A stretch of 64,000 nucleotides of DNA from an uncultured Candidatus Saccharibacteria bacterium. GTDB taxonomy: Bacteria > Patescibacteriota > CALEFQ01. The notes below the pieces were generated by a model, which did not search any database, was not told the DNA's origin, and saw only the letters and a program-made list of their open reading frames with translations. The stretch covers positions 353,184 to 417,183 of the forward strand of contig OZ246404.1 of assembly GCA_965230955.1 (NCBI GenBank). Direction: 5' to 3'. The translations under genes were made by a program, and so were the position numbers. How positions within the stretch are numbered: position 1 is the stretch's first letter; each line of letters starts with the position of its first letter. Shown piece by piece: positions 1-9,117 of this stretch.

Positions 1-1
1 A

Positions 2-1174
2 TTGGCCGTAAATTTTGGGACATTAGTCGGGCATATTACCTTGAAGCGCGGTCTGATCAAAGACGAGGTCCGTGATTTCACCGAAGATGAATTCAAAATC
101 GCCGAAAAAATGCTCGATCGGTCTCTGTATGACGGCGCTTTCGGGTTTTCGACCGGATTGACCTATTCCCACGGCCGGTTCGCTAAAGTGGAAGAGATTA
201 TTCGGCTGGTAAAAGTAGTTTCTAAGTACAATGGTATTTACGCCACGGCCTTGCGCGATGAAGGAGCGGGGTTGGTCGCCTCCGTCGATGAGGCGATTGC
301 GGTGGGCAAAGAGACAAACGTGCCGGTGGAAATTTCCCAATTCAAAGCCAAGGGCGCAGAAAATCACCGGCTTTTCGCCGAGGCGTTGGCTCATATCGAG
401 AAAGCCGCCAATGAAAAAATAAATATAAATTTTGATCTTTATCCTTACGCCATTACCGGGACGGTGCTGTATACTTATTTGCCTGATTGGGTGACCCAGG
501 GCGGACGGAAAGCGATGATGGAGAAATTGAAAAATCCTCAGTTGCGTTCCAAAATTATCGCCGAGATGAAAAATAGCGGACATAATTTTAGGGGTTTGAG
601 AATCGCCCAGAGTTCGAATTTGGCTTTTGTCGGGAAAAAGATTACCCAGTTGAGCCAGGAAGCTCACCTCAGTCCGGAAGAGGCGGTAATTAATACTTTG
701 ATTGCCAGCGAGGGGAAAGCTATTTGTTTTGATCCGGCGCTGAGTGAAAATAATATTAAAGCCGGTTTGGTCAATCCGCTGTCGATTGTCGCCACCGACG
801 GTTCGGGCTATGGCTTGGAGTACGGCGCGACCAAGAATTTGGTCCATCCGCGCTGTTTCGGGACATATCCGAGATTTTTGGGGCGCTATGTCCGCGAGGA
901 AAAACTATTGAACTGGGAAGAAGCAATTTACAAAATTACCGGTATGCCGGCGCGCAAGCTTGGCCTGTTGGATCGCGGATTTATCCAGGAAGATTTGCAA
1001 GCCGATATCGCGGTAATTGATCCGGCGCGGATTCATGATGACGCGACTTTCGAGAATCCCTATCATTTCCCGGAAGGAATTGAAGCGGTCATGGTCAACG
1101 GCGTCGAAGTTGTTCGCCAGGGAAAAAATACCGGAAAGCGCCCGGGTCGGGTGTTAAGGCGGGGGAAGAATTAA
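2..1174 (+). CDS. N-acyl-D-amino-acid deacylase (D-aminoacylase)-like amidohydrolase, 5'-partial
   Basis: ORF runs off the window start; C-terminal region of metal-dependent amidohydrolase fold resembling D-aminoacylases (family recognition by eye, not searched). Confidence 0.55.
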   Translation: MAVNFGTLVGHITLKRGLIKDEVRDFTEDEFKIAEKMLDRSLYDGAFGFSTGLTYSHGRFAKVEEIIRLVKVVSKYNGIYATALRDEGAGLVASVDEAIAVGKETNVPVEISQFKAKGAENHRLFAEALAHIEKAANEKININFDLYPYAITGTVLYTYLPDWVTQGGRKAMMEKLKNPQLRSKIIAEMKNSGHNFRGLRIAQSSNLAFVGKKITQLSQEAHLSPEEAVINTLIASEGKAICFDPALSENNIKAGLVNPLSIVATDGSGYGLEYGATKNLVHPRCFGTYPRFLGRYVREEKLLNWEEAIYKITGMPARKLGLLDRGFIQEDLQADIAVIDPARIHDDATFENPYHFPEGIEAVMVNGVEVVRQGKNTGKRPGRVLRRGKN

Positions 1175-1200
1175 GATATTAAGATATTAAGAAAAGCTGA
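1170..1200 (+). repeat. Tandem TTAAGA (8-9-nt period) array overlapping stop codon
   Basis: gaattaagatattaagatattaagaaaag. Confidence 0.7.
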
Positions 1201-1206
1201 AATTGA

Positions 1207-1914
1207 ATGTTGATACCGAAATTGGCGCAGGACAATCAGGTGGTAATGGCGATGGTTTCGGAACGTTTCGAGGGGGATATGCGGGATATGCATTCGGAAA
1301 TTGCTCAAAGATGGTTGCGTTCGCTGGGGATAGCCGTTGATCGGATTGTCAGGGCGGAGCAGATTCACGGCAATCAAATTGTCGTAGTGAATGAAGGCGA
1401 TGCCGGAAAAACTATTTCCGGAGCGGACGGTCTTATCACCAATGTGCCGGGCGTATATTTGGGAATTGTTGCGGCTGATTGCGAGCAGGTATTAATTTTT
1501 GATCCGGTGCGGAGAGCGGTTGGAGCCGTGCATGTCGGTTGGCGCGGAAATGTTTCCGGAGTCATCGGCCGGGCGGTCGCGGCCTTAAATAAAAATTTTC
1601 AGTGCCGAAATCGTGACCTGTCGGTTTACATCGGCCCGTCGCTGGGTCCATGTCATGCTAGATTTTCCGATCCGCAGAGAGAATTGCCGCTCGGATTTCA
1701 GAAATATATTACTAAACGTGAGCATCAAGCCGGTTGGCTGGATTTTTGGCAAGCGACGATTGATCAATTGGTTGACCTGGGGGTTTCGGCTGATCGAATT
1801 GAAAAGACAGGCATATGTACGGCTTGCGAAAAAAACAGATTCTTTTCATGTCGGGCGGAAAAAAAGATTGTGGGGGAGCAGATTGCCTTGATTGGGCTTA
1901 ATGATAAGTCGTGA
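1207..1914 (+). CDS. pgeF: YfiH/PgeF family (DUF152) peptidoglycan-editing factor / laccase-domain protein
   Basis: Motifs GADGLIT...GIVAADCEQVLIFDP...AVHVGWRG typical of the YfiH/PgeF family. Confidence 0.75.
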   Translation: MLIPKLAQDNQVVMAMVSERFEGDMRDMHSEIAQRWLRSLGIAVDRIVRAEQIHGNQIVVVNEGDAGKTISGADGLITNVPGVYLGIVAADCEQVLIFDPVRRAVGAVHVGWRGNVSGVIGRAVAALNKNFQCRNRDLSVYIGPSLGPCHARFSDPQRELPLGFQKYITKREHQAGWLDFWQATIDQLVDLGVSADRIEKTGICTACEKNRFFSCRAEKKIVGEQIALIGLNDKS

Positions 1915-1924
1915 CAGGAAAAAC

Positions 1925-2626
1925 ATGTCTCAATTGCAGGAACAACCTGAAATGTATTGGGCGATACCGCGACGATCGACGGTCGAGGTACTGCGCAAAA
2001 CTGTAGCCGATTTCTCGTCCTTGACGCCGGCGGCGCTGGATCGTTTGCGTCAATCTCAAATATTGGCGAGTGATCCGCCGGTCAAAGTCTTGAAAGAAGC
2101 CGGTGATTGGCGGTTGATTCAAATGGCTGATCTGACGCGCGGCTGGGTCGGGGCGGATTTTTTGGAAAAAAAGTTGCCGTCCGAAAATTATTGGGCGAAG
2201 GTTAGACGCTTTGGCGCCGAGCCGGTGCCGGTCAAATTATCGGCGGCCGAATTTCTGGATACCCTGAAGAATTGGCCTGCGCCGAAGTATGTCTGGGGCG
2301 GGCGGCAAGCCGACGGTCTTGATTGCTCGGGTTTGGTTCAGGCGGTATTTTTGCAAACTACCGGTTACTGGTTGCCCAAACATTCCAAAGACCAAGCGGC
2401 GCTGGGACAGCCGGTTTCCAGCTCCTGGGCGCTGGGCGACTTGGTCCTCATGAAAAACAAGGAAACCGCAGTGTCGCATATCGGTATCGTGACCGATCCG
2501 GCTCGGAAAATAATCTGGCATCATTCGCGCCAGAATGGACGGCCTCGTTTTGAATCGATGCCGGATTTGTCCCGGAGCTATAAATTTTTATCCGTTAACC
2601 GTTTGCTCGCTTTCGCTTTGGTCTGA
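1925..2626 (+). CDS. NlpC/P60 (C40) cell-wall peptidase
   Basis: Catalytic Cys motif GLDCSGLVQAVF and downstream His (VSHIGIV); start chosen at ATG 1925 (ORF track begins 1892, overlapping pgeF). Confidence 0.65.
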   Translation: MSQLQEQPEMYWAIPRRSTVEVLRKTVADFSSLTPAALDRLRQSQILASDPPVKVLKEAGDWRLIQMADLTRGWVGADFLEKKLPSENYWAKVRRFGAEPVPVKLSAAEFLDTLKNWPAPKYVWGGRQADGLDCSGLVQAVFLQTTGYWLPKHSKDQAALGQPVSSSWALGDLVLMKNKETAVSHIGIVTDPARKIIWHHSRQNGRPRFESMPDLSRSYKFLSVNRLLAFALV

Positions 2627-2656
2627 TGGCCGGAGTCGCAAGCTTATTTTAAAACT

Positions 2657-4102
2657 ATGATTGACCACCCTTATCTCAATCAACTGCGCCAAAAGAAAGT
2701 GCATTTAGTCGGTTTGTCATCGGCGGAAATCAGCGCGGTGGCGGAATTTTTGTGCGCCCAGGGAGTCAAAAATTTGGTGGCTCATGATATCAACGACGGG
2801 GTGGAATTCAAACAATCTTTTCGCCGCTCGCACCAGGGATTGACCCGGGCTCAGCAAGTGGCGTCTCTAAAAAAGATCGAATCTCTGCCGATTGAGAAAC
2901 GCTTCGGTAAAAAATATCTGCAAGGGATTGAGGAGGCGCAGGTTATTTTTCCCACGCAAGGCTGGTTTTTGTATCCGGCCAGCAAGGACAAACTCAGTGA
3001 GTTACAGAGCCAGGGGACGGAATTTGGCAGTATGACCAAGCTGTATTTGCAATTGTCGCCCGCCTCGGTCATCGGTGTCACCGGCACGAACGGCAAGGGG
3101 ACGACGACTCATCTGATTGCCGCTATGCTCAAAGCGGGCGGACGCAAGGTTTATTTGGCCGGCAATGATCCGGAAAGCATTCAGGCTCTCGATCAGCTGG
3201 AAAAAATGCAAGAGAGCGATTATTTGGTCTTGGAAATAAGCAATCGCCAGCTAATGATAGATTTGGGCCGGAGTCCGGCGATTGCGGTGATTACCAATGT
3301 CACACCCAATCATTTAAACGAGCACCGCAATCTTTTTGACGAATACGCCCGGACCAAACAATCTCTGCTTAAATACCAAGAGCCGGGCGATCATGCTATT
3401 TTGAATTTTGACAATGAAACTACCGCTCAATTTGCTCTGAAAGCCAAAGCAAAAGTTTGCGGTTTCTCCACTTTCAAAAACTTGCGGGACGGTGTGTGCC
3501 TGATCAAGGACAAAATCATTTCCAGCTGTGAAGGCAAACCGGAAACGGTCGCGTCGGTCAGTGAAGTAAAATTGCCGGGGCGGTATAATTTGGAAAATGT
3601 TTTAGCGGCCGTGGCTGTGGCAAAAATTTGCCAGATCGACAACGAGGCGATTCGCCGAGCGCTTACTCATTTCAAAAGCATGCCCCACCGCTTGGAGTTT
3701 ATCGCCGAAGTGAAGGGCGTGCGTTACTTCAATGATTTATTCAGCACGACGCCGGCTTCGACGCAATTGGCGATTGAATCCTTTGACAAGCCGGTGGTGT
3801 TGATTGCCGGCGGAGAAGCGAAAGGCGTCGATTATTTTTCGCTGGCCGAGGTGATCAAGGGACATGTCAAAAAACTCTGGCTTTTCCCCGGAACCGTGGC
3901 CGATGACCTGAAAAAACATTTACAGAAAATACATTTCGACAATTTCGTGGAAACGGATGATTTCGATAAATGTTTGAAAGCCATTGCCGGGGAAGCGCTG
4001 GCGGGCGAGGTTGTCTTGCTTTCTCCGGGCGGTGCTTTTTTCAGTTCGAAATTCATTGAAAAAAAGTCAAAGGGATTTGATACGGTCGTCAAAAGCTGGT
4101 AA
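2657..4102 (+). CDS. murD: UDP-N-acetylmuramoylalanine--D-glutamate ligase
   Basis: Mur ligase P-loop GVTGTNGKGTTT, MurD-type N-terminal Rossmann domain, NDxxSTTPAST motif. Confidence 0.85.
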   Translation: MIDHPYLNQLRQKKVHLVGLSSAEISAVAEFLCAQGVKNLVAHDINDGVEFKQSFRRSHQGLTRAQQVASLKKIESLPIEKRFGKKYLQGIEEAQVIFPTQGWFLYPASKDKLSELQSQGTEFGSMTKLYLQLSPASVIGVTGTNGKGTTTHLIAAMLKAGGRKVYLAGNDPESIQALDQLEKMQESDYLVLEISNRQLMIDLGRSPAIAVITNVTPNHLNEHRNLFDEYARTKQSLLKYQEPGDHAILNFDNETTAQFALKAKAKVCGFSTFKNLRDGVCLIKDKIISSCEGKPETVASVSEVKLPGRYNLENVLAAVAVAKICQIDNEAIRRALTHFKSMPHRLEFIAEVKGVRYFNDLFSTTPASTQLAIESFDKPVVLIAGGEAKGVDYFSLAEVIKGHVKKLWLFPGTVADDLKKHLQKIHFDNFVETDDFDKCLKAIAGEALAGEVVLLSPGGAFFSSKFIEKKSKGFDTVVKSW

Positions 4103-4163
4103 ACCAAAAACCCCTGGATCATAAAGCATTCGGACTTTAGGAGCAGGGGTTTCCCGGTTGAAA

Positions 4164-4313
4164 TTATTTTTCTTCCTCGATCAGTTCCGCTTTCAACGGA
4201 TTAAGGCCGGTGACTTCGTATTCGGCTCCGCAATTGGAGCAATCGATCACGTCGCCGACTTTGGCCGAACCTTGCTCGATGGGAATTTCATTTTTGCAAT
4301 CTTGGCATTTCAT
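4164..4313 (-). CDS. LysW/ArgW-family zinc-ribbon amino-group carrier protein (49 aa)
   Basis: Hand-translated minus-strand ORF MKCQDCKNEIPIEQGSAKVGDVIDCSNCGAEYEVTGLNPLKAELIEEEK. CxxC...CxxCGAExEVxGLxPL plus acidic tail aligns closely with Thermus LysW (CPECGAEL...ELGELVVCEDCGAELEVVGLDPL...EDWGE). Not in ORF track because it is under 60 aa. Confidence 0.55.
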   Translation of the reverse strand: MKCQDCKNEIPIEQGSAKVGDVIDCSNCGAEYEVTGLNPLKAELIEEEK

Positions 4314-4316
4314 AAA

Positions 4317-4376
4317 TAGTCTTTGGTCTTTTGTCTTTAGTCTTTAGCCAAAGACCATAGACTAAAGACTAAGGAT
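4317..4376. repeat. AGTCTTT-heptad palindrome between divergent lysW-like and PLP-enzyme genes
   Basis: agtctttggtcttttgtctttagtctttagcc aaagaccatagactaaagactaagg. Confidence 0.8.
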
Positions 4377-4407
4377 CATTATACTATCAGGGTTAAAAAG
4401 ATCAAGC

Positions 4408-5439
4408 ATGCATTGCGTTAATTTCGAGAACCAATTAGACGTTAACCAAAAAGGGATCTGGAGATTCCGCCGTTTTTTTAATACCGAGATAGCGTCCGAG
4501 TATCGGCTGACAATGCGGGAGGGGCATACGCCCCTGGAACCGCTGGTAGTCGGATCGCAGAAAATTTGGCTGAAACGGGAAGATAAAAATCCGCACGGTT
4601 CGCACAAAGATCGGTCTCTGGCTTATCAAGTTTCTCTGGCGCAGCAACAGGGGGCGACCGAATTGGTTATCTCTTCTTCCGGCAATGCGGCGATTGCCGC
4701 CGCGGCGTTTTGCCGGCTGGCAAAAATCAAGCTTTGGGCTTTTCTTGCGCCGACAATTCCTCGGCAAAAGTTCTTAGCCGTCAAAGAGTCGGGCGCCACC
4801 ATTATTGTCAGCCATCGCGCTATGCGCTTGGCCAATTATCTGTCCAAGAAAAAGAAATTAATCAATCTGCGGCCTTCCACCAATGATGACTCGATTGTCG
4901 GATTCAAAACCTTGGGGTTTGAGATTTTCGAACAAACGGAAAAGGTATTGCCGATTTTTACTTATGTTACCAGCGGCAGTTCGTTGATCGGCCTGGCTCA
5001 ATCCGGCCAGGAATTGCTGGCCGCCGGTTGTCTCAGCCGTTTACCCGCCTTAAACGCGGTTCAGTCCGGCGGCCTGGTATCGGCCGGGGGAGTCGTGGGC
5101 GATGAGACTGGCGCCAGTTTGGCCGGGCAAGGCGGTACCAGGAAGACCCGCCGCGCCGAGCAAATTATCGAAGCGGTGGGATTGAGCGGCGGACGGACTT
5201 GGCATATTTCCGAAGAGCAAATAAAAGAGGCGGCGGCGCTTTTGAGCCGGCAAAATATTCAGACTTCTTTTGAAGGTTGCGCTTCGCTGGCCGCGGTTAT
5301 CGCCAGCGGCGAGAGTGAGGCGGTATGTGTTTTGACTGGACGTTTTTATGAGAGCGAGCCGGTTTTGCCCGTCGATATGATCGGCGTGGCCGAGGCGGTT
5401 AATTTGGATCAAATTGATCAGTTGATTTTTCATGCCTAA
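4408..5439 (+). CDS. PLP-dependent fold-type-II enzyme (threonine synthase / cysteine synthase-like)
   Basis: PALP-family lysine motif GSHKDRS, glycine-rich SSSGNAAIAAA loop. Confidence 0.65.
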   Translation: MHCVNFENQLDVNQKGIWRFRRFFNTEIASEYRLTMREGHTPLEPLVVGSQKIWLKREDKNPHGSHKDRSLAYQVSLAQQQGATELVISSSGNAAIAAAAFCRLAKIKLWAFLAPTIPRQKFLAVKESGATIIVSHRAMRLANYLSKKKKLINLRPSTNDDSIVGFKTLGFEIFEQTEKVLPIFTYVTSGSSLIGLAQSGQELLAAGCLSRLPALNAVQSGGLVSAGGVVGDETGASLAGQGGTRKTRRAEQIIEAVGLSGGRTWHISEEQIKEAAALLSRQNIQTSFEGCASLAAVIASGESEAVCVLTGRFYESEPVLPVDMIGVAEAVNLDQIDQLIFHA

Positions 5440-6811
5440 AACGATAAACAATTTTGAGGATTGTCAGCGCTTGTTGGCGCCGGTTGAGGCCGATGTTTTT
5501 GCGCTGGGCAATTCGGTCTACCATGGCTTGGGATTGCTGGAAATATTGCCTTCCGCCAAAGTTATCTGTCTGGATGATGACAATTTATTGGTCTGGCTGG
5601 CCAAAGAAAAAGCGACGATTTTTTCGCTGGAGGAAAAGGGGGGGCGGCCAAAAAATGTTTTTCGCAGTAGTGCTAATTTATTGGCGGCGGAGCCGGTGCA
5701 AGCATTTCTTAAAAAGAATTCAACTCATCCTTGGCTCTATGTGCCGAAGTCTAGCCGACGGCTGGAAATCCAGGCTCAGAAAATCGGGGCGGAAATTATT
5801 GGTGCCAGCAGTGCGCTTAACCATCTCTTTGAAGATAAAATTTCTTTCACTAAAAAAATCGTGGAATGGGGCCTGTCTCGCGCGCCGCGCCAGGAAATCG
5901 AGGTTTTTCGCCCGGCTTTGTTTGACGCCGCTCGACGCTGGGGCTGGCCGCTGGTAATTCAGTTCAATCGCGGCATTGCCGGCGAAGGGACGAAGTTTTT
6001 AGAAAACCAGGCCGAGCTCGCCAGTTTCGCGGCTCAAAATGAAGGGCGGCCGGCGGTAGTGGCCAAGTTTGTTAAAGGTAAAACGATTACTCTCAATGCC
6101 TGTGTTACTTACCGGGGAACGGTAATCGGCCGGCCCTTTTGGCAGATTACCGGCGCCGCGACGCTCAATCGCAATCGCGGCGGAACCGGCGGTAATGACT
6201 ATGCCGCGGATTTGAAATTAAGCGATTCCCAATCGGCAGAGATCGCCCAAATTACTCAGCTGATCGGAGCCAAAATGTTTGCGGCGGGATACCGGGGCTT
6301 ATTCGGATTGGATTTGATCGTCGAAGAAAAAATTACCGTCATCGAAATCAATGCCCGGCCGACGGCTTCGATCCCCACCTATACGCAGTTGGAGCGCGAG
6401 AGCGGAGAAATTCCGCTTTTGGGTTTGCATTTGCTGGAATTTCTGCGGATCCCTTATGATTTTGACCTCGACCGTCTGAATCAAGTCAAAGCTAAAACTG
6501 ATTATCGGGGGAGCAAAGTAATTATTCGCAATACGACGGATCGGCCGATCGAAATCACCCGGGATCTGGCGCCGGGCGTATATGAGTTGGCGGAAGATCG
6601 TTTGGTTTTCAAGCGATTCGGTCGGCGGCTCAAGGATATCCGAGCCGAGGGAGAATTCCTGGTTTGGACGGCCAAGGCGCGACGCCAAATCAATCCGAAT
6701 ATAGAGATGGCTATCGTTTATTTCCGTCAGTCGGTGCTTGATAGTCAGTTCATCTTGCGCCCGGAAATCCGCGCCATTGCCGCTACCATTAAAGAACAAT
6801 TGCTTAAATAA
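5432..6811 (+). CDS. ATP-grasp ligase with extra N-terminal domain (459 aa)
   Basis: ATP-grasp core motifs (PLVIQ...G..GEG; GLFGLDLIVEE..ITVIEINARP). Confidence 0.6.
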   Translation: MPKTINNFEDCQRLLAPVEADVFALGNSVYHGLGLLEILPSAKVICLDDDNLLVWLAKEKATIFSLEEKGGRPKNVFRSSANLLAAEPVQAFLKKNSTHPWLYVPKSSRRLEIQAQKIGAEIIGASSALNHLFEDKISFTKKIVEWGLSRAPRQEIEVFRPALFDAARRWGWPLVIQFNRGIAGEGTKFLENQAELASFAAQNEGRPAVVAKFVKGKTITLNACVTYRGTVIGRPFWQITGAATLNRNRGGTGGNDYAADLKLSDSQSAEIAQITQLIGAKMFAAGYRGLFGLDLIVEEKITVIEINARPTASIPTYTQLERESGEIPLLGLHLLEFLRIPYDFDLDRLNQVKAKTDYRGSKVIIRNTTDRPIEITRDLAPGVYELAEDRLVFKRFGRRLKDIRAEGEFLVWTAKARRQINPNIEMAIVYFRQSVLDSQFILRPEIRAIAATIKEQLLK

Positions 6812-7939
6812 ATGTTGCCTAAACCGCACAAACCTGATTATCTCTTGTCCATCGTGGTTTTTATTTTAGTTGTTTTCGGATTGATTATGGTATCTTCGGC
6901 CAGCGTCGTGCAGTCTTATGAAAATACCGGCGACACTTATCATTATTTCCAGCACCAATTGATTTATGGCGTCATCATCGGTTTGATTGCCATGTTTATT
7001 TTCACGCGGATTCCGTATGAAAAATATAAAAAATTGGGCGCCGCCATGTTGGTTTCGGTATTTATTTTGTTGATATTGGTTTTGATTCTCGGGCGCGAAC
7101 TGGGTGGTTCGCGCAGTTGGATTTTTATCGGTGATTTTTCTTTTCAGCCGACGGAGTTGATCAAATTGCTCTTTGTTATGTATTTGGCTGTCTGGTTTGA
7201 GAAAAGGCAGCGCAAAGTACAGAATTTCCGTGAAGGCTTTTTGCCGTTTGTGATTTTGCTGGCCGCAATCGCGATGTTTATCGCGCTCCAGCCGGATCTG
7301 GGAACAATGGCGGTTATTTTATTGACGGCGGTGGTGGTGTTCTATGAAGCGGGCGGTAAAATCAGCCATATCTTGGTTTTAATGGCGAGCAGTTTTGCCG
7401 GATTGTTCGTGATGCTAAAAATGTTTCCCCACGCCGCTTTGCGCTTTACGGCATTTCTTCATCCCGAGCTTGATCCTCAGGGCGTCGGCTATCAGATAAA
7501 TCAGGCCGTTTTGGCGCTTGGTTCCGGGGGGATTTTCGGGCTGGGATTGGGCAATAGCCGGCAAAAATTCAATTATTTGCCAGAAGCCTCGGGCGATTCC
7601 ATCTTTGCCATTATCGGCGAGGAATTGGGTTTCGTTTTTGCTTTGATAATAATCGCTTTGTTTGTCGTTATTGCCTTGCGCGGATTGCGCATCGCTCGCC
7701 AAACGGAGGATATGTTCGGGAAATTGGTGGCGGTGGGGATCACCGCTTGGATCGTGTTTCAGGCTTTTTTCAACATCGCCGGCATCATGAACTTGATACC
7801 CTTTAGCGGTATTCCTTTGCCGTTGATAAGTTATGGCGGATCAGCTATGTTGGTTACATTGGCGGCGATGGGAATTTTGCTAAATATCTCGCGTTACACC
7901 AAAGAGCCGTTGCGGGCTTCACGCTCCAATATCGTTTAA
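6812..7939 (+). CDS. ftsW: SEDS-family peptidoglycan glycosyltransferase FtsW/RodA
   Basis: Polytopic membrane protein with SEDS signature and position between murD and murG. Confidence 0.8.
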   Translation: MLPKPHKPDYLLSIVVFILVVFGLIMVSSASVVQSYENTGDTYHYFQHQLIYGVIIGLIAMFIFTRIPYEKYKKLGAAMLVSVFILLILVLILGRELGGSRSWIFIGDFSFQPTELIKLLFVMYLAVWFEKRQRKVQNFREGFLPFVILLAAIAMFIALQPDLGTMAVILLTAVVVFYEAGGKISHILVLMASSFAGLFVMLKMFPHAALRFTAFLHPELDPQGVGYQINQAVLALGSGGIFGLGLGNSRQKFNYLPEASGDSIFAIIGEELGFVFALIIIALFVVIALRGLRIARQTEDMFGKLVAVGITAWIVFQAFFNIAGIMNLIPFSGIPLPLISYGGSAMLVTLAAMGILLNISRYTKEPLRASRSNIV

Positions 7940-7947
7940 TCAAATTT

Positions 7948-9117
7948 ATGCCCAAAAATATTAAAGTTTTACTGACCGGCGGCGGTACGGGCGGGCATGT
8001 CCTGCCGCTTTTGGCCGTGGTCAATGAATTGCGCAAGATCGGGGCGGAACGCGGGATTGATTTCACTTTTTTGCATATCGGTACCAATCCGGCTCGGGAG
8101 CAGTCTTTGGTGGAAAAAGCGCACGTGAAATATGATCATGTGGCTGCGGGCAAGATCCGCCGCTATTTTTCCCTGCAAAACGCGGTCGATATTTTCAAAA
8201 TTCCTTGGGGGTTGGGCCAAGCGTACGCCAAGGTAAAAAAATTCCAGCCCGATGTGATATTCGGCAAGGGCGGCTATGCCAGTGTCCCGGTGATAACCGC
8301 CGCCGGTTGGCAGCACAAAAAAATCATAATTCACGAATCCGATACGACGCCAGGTTTGGCTAACCGGAAAATGGCCAAATACGCAGCCAAAATCGCTTTG
8401 ACTTTTCCGCAATCGGCCAGGTTTTTCGAGCCGGGCAAAGTGGTGATTACCGGTAATCCAATCCGCGAAGGAATACTTTCCGGCAGTTATGAGCGTGGTT
8501 TAAAAACATTTAATTTGGAGACTGATAAACCTATTTTGTTTGTCACCGGCGGTAGTTCCGGCGCCCGTACGATCAATCGGGTGATGGTGGAAGCTCTGCC
8601 GCAGCTGCTTGACCGATATCAGATAATTCATCAGTGCGGCACAATCGGATTGCCGGAAGTGCTGGATCGGCTCCGGGAAAAATTCGGACGCGAAATAGTC
8701 ATTCAACAAGGAACGAATTATTATTTGCGCGGTCAAGGTTACCGCTTGCGTCCCTTTTTGCAACAAGATGAAATGGCCAACGCTTATGCCGCGGCGACGG
8801 CGGTTATTTCCCGGGCCGGGGCGGGCAACTTGAGCGAGATTGCCGCATTGGGTAAGCCTTCGATCCTGGTGCCTTTGCCTCTGACCGCCAGTCGGGGCGA
8901 GCAAATCACCAACGCTGCGGTTTTTGAGCGGGCGGGAGCCAGTGTCGTGATTATGAATGAAGAAATGTCGGCCGAAAAACTGGTGGCGGTTACCCGGCAA
9001 TTACTGGCCAATCCCGAGGAACTGGCATCGATGGGGCGGGCGGCGAAAAGCTTGGCCCGGCCTGAAGCCGCGCTTTTGATTGCCGAGGAAATATTAAAGC
9101 TCACTTATGCCAATTGA
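7948..9117 (+). CDS. murG: Undecaprenyl-PP-MurNAc-pentapeptide-UDP-GlcNAc GlcNAc transferase
   Basis: N-terminal LLTGGGTGGHVLP motif and GT28 fold. Confidence 0.85.
   Translation: MPKNIKVLLTGGGTGGHVLPLLAVVNELRKIGAERGIDFTFLHIGTNPAREQSLVEKAHVKYDHVAAGKIRRYFSLQNAVDIFKIPWGLGQAYAKVKKFQPDVIFGKGGYASVPVITAAGWQHKKIIIHESDTTPGLANRKMAKYAAKIALTFPQSARFFEPGKVVITGNPIREGILSGSYERGLKTFNLETDKPILFVTGGSSGARTINRVMVEALPQLLDRYQIIHQCGTIGLPEVLDRLREKFGREIVIQQGTNYYLRGQGYRLRPFLQQDEMANAYAAATAVISRAGAGNLSEIAALGKPSILVPLPLTASRGEQITNAAVFERAGASVVIMNEEMSAEKLVAVTRQLLANPEELASMGRAAKSLARPEAALLIAEEILKLTYAN

Noticed and set aside
23-847. Long antisense ORFs inside the aminoacylase, ATP-grasp (6299-6829), murG/murC (8500-9104, 9983-10480), deacetylase (19874-20716), alaS (41633-42385) and other genes
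   Set aside because: Each lies opposite a gene with strong family motifs; they are typical GC-driven shadow ORFs without RBS.
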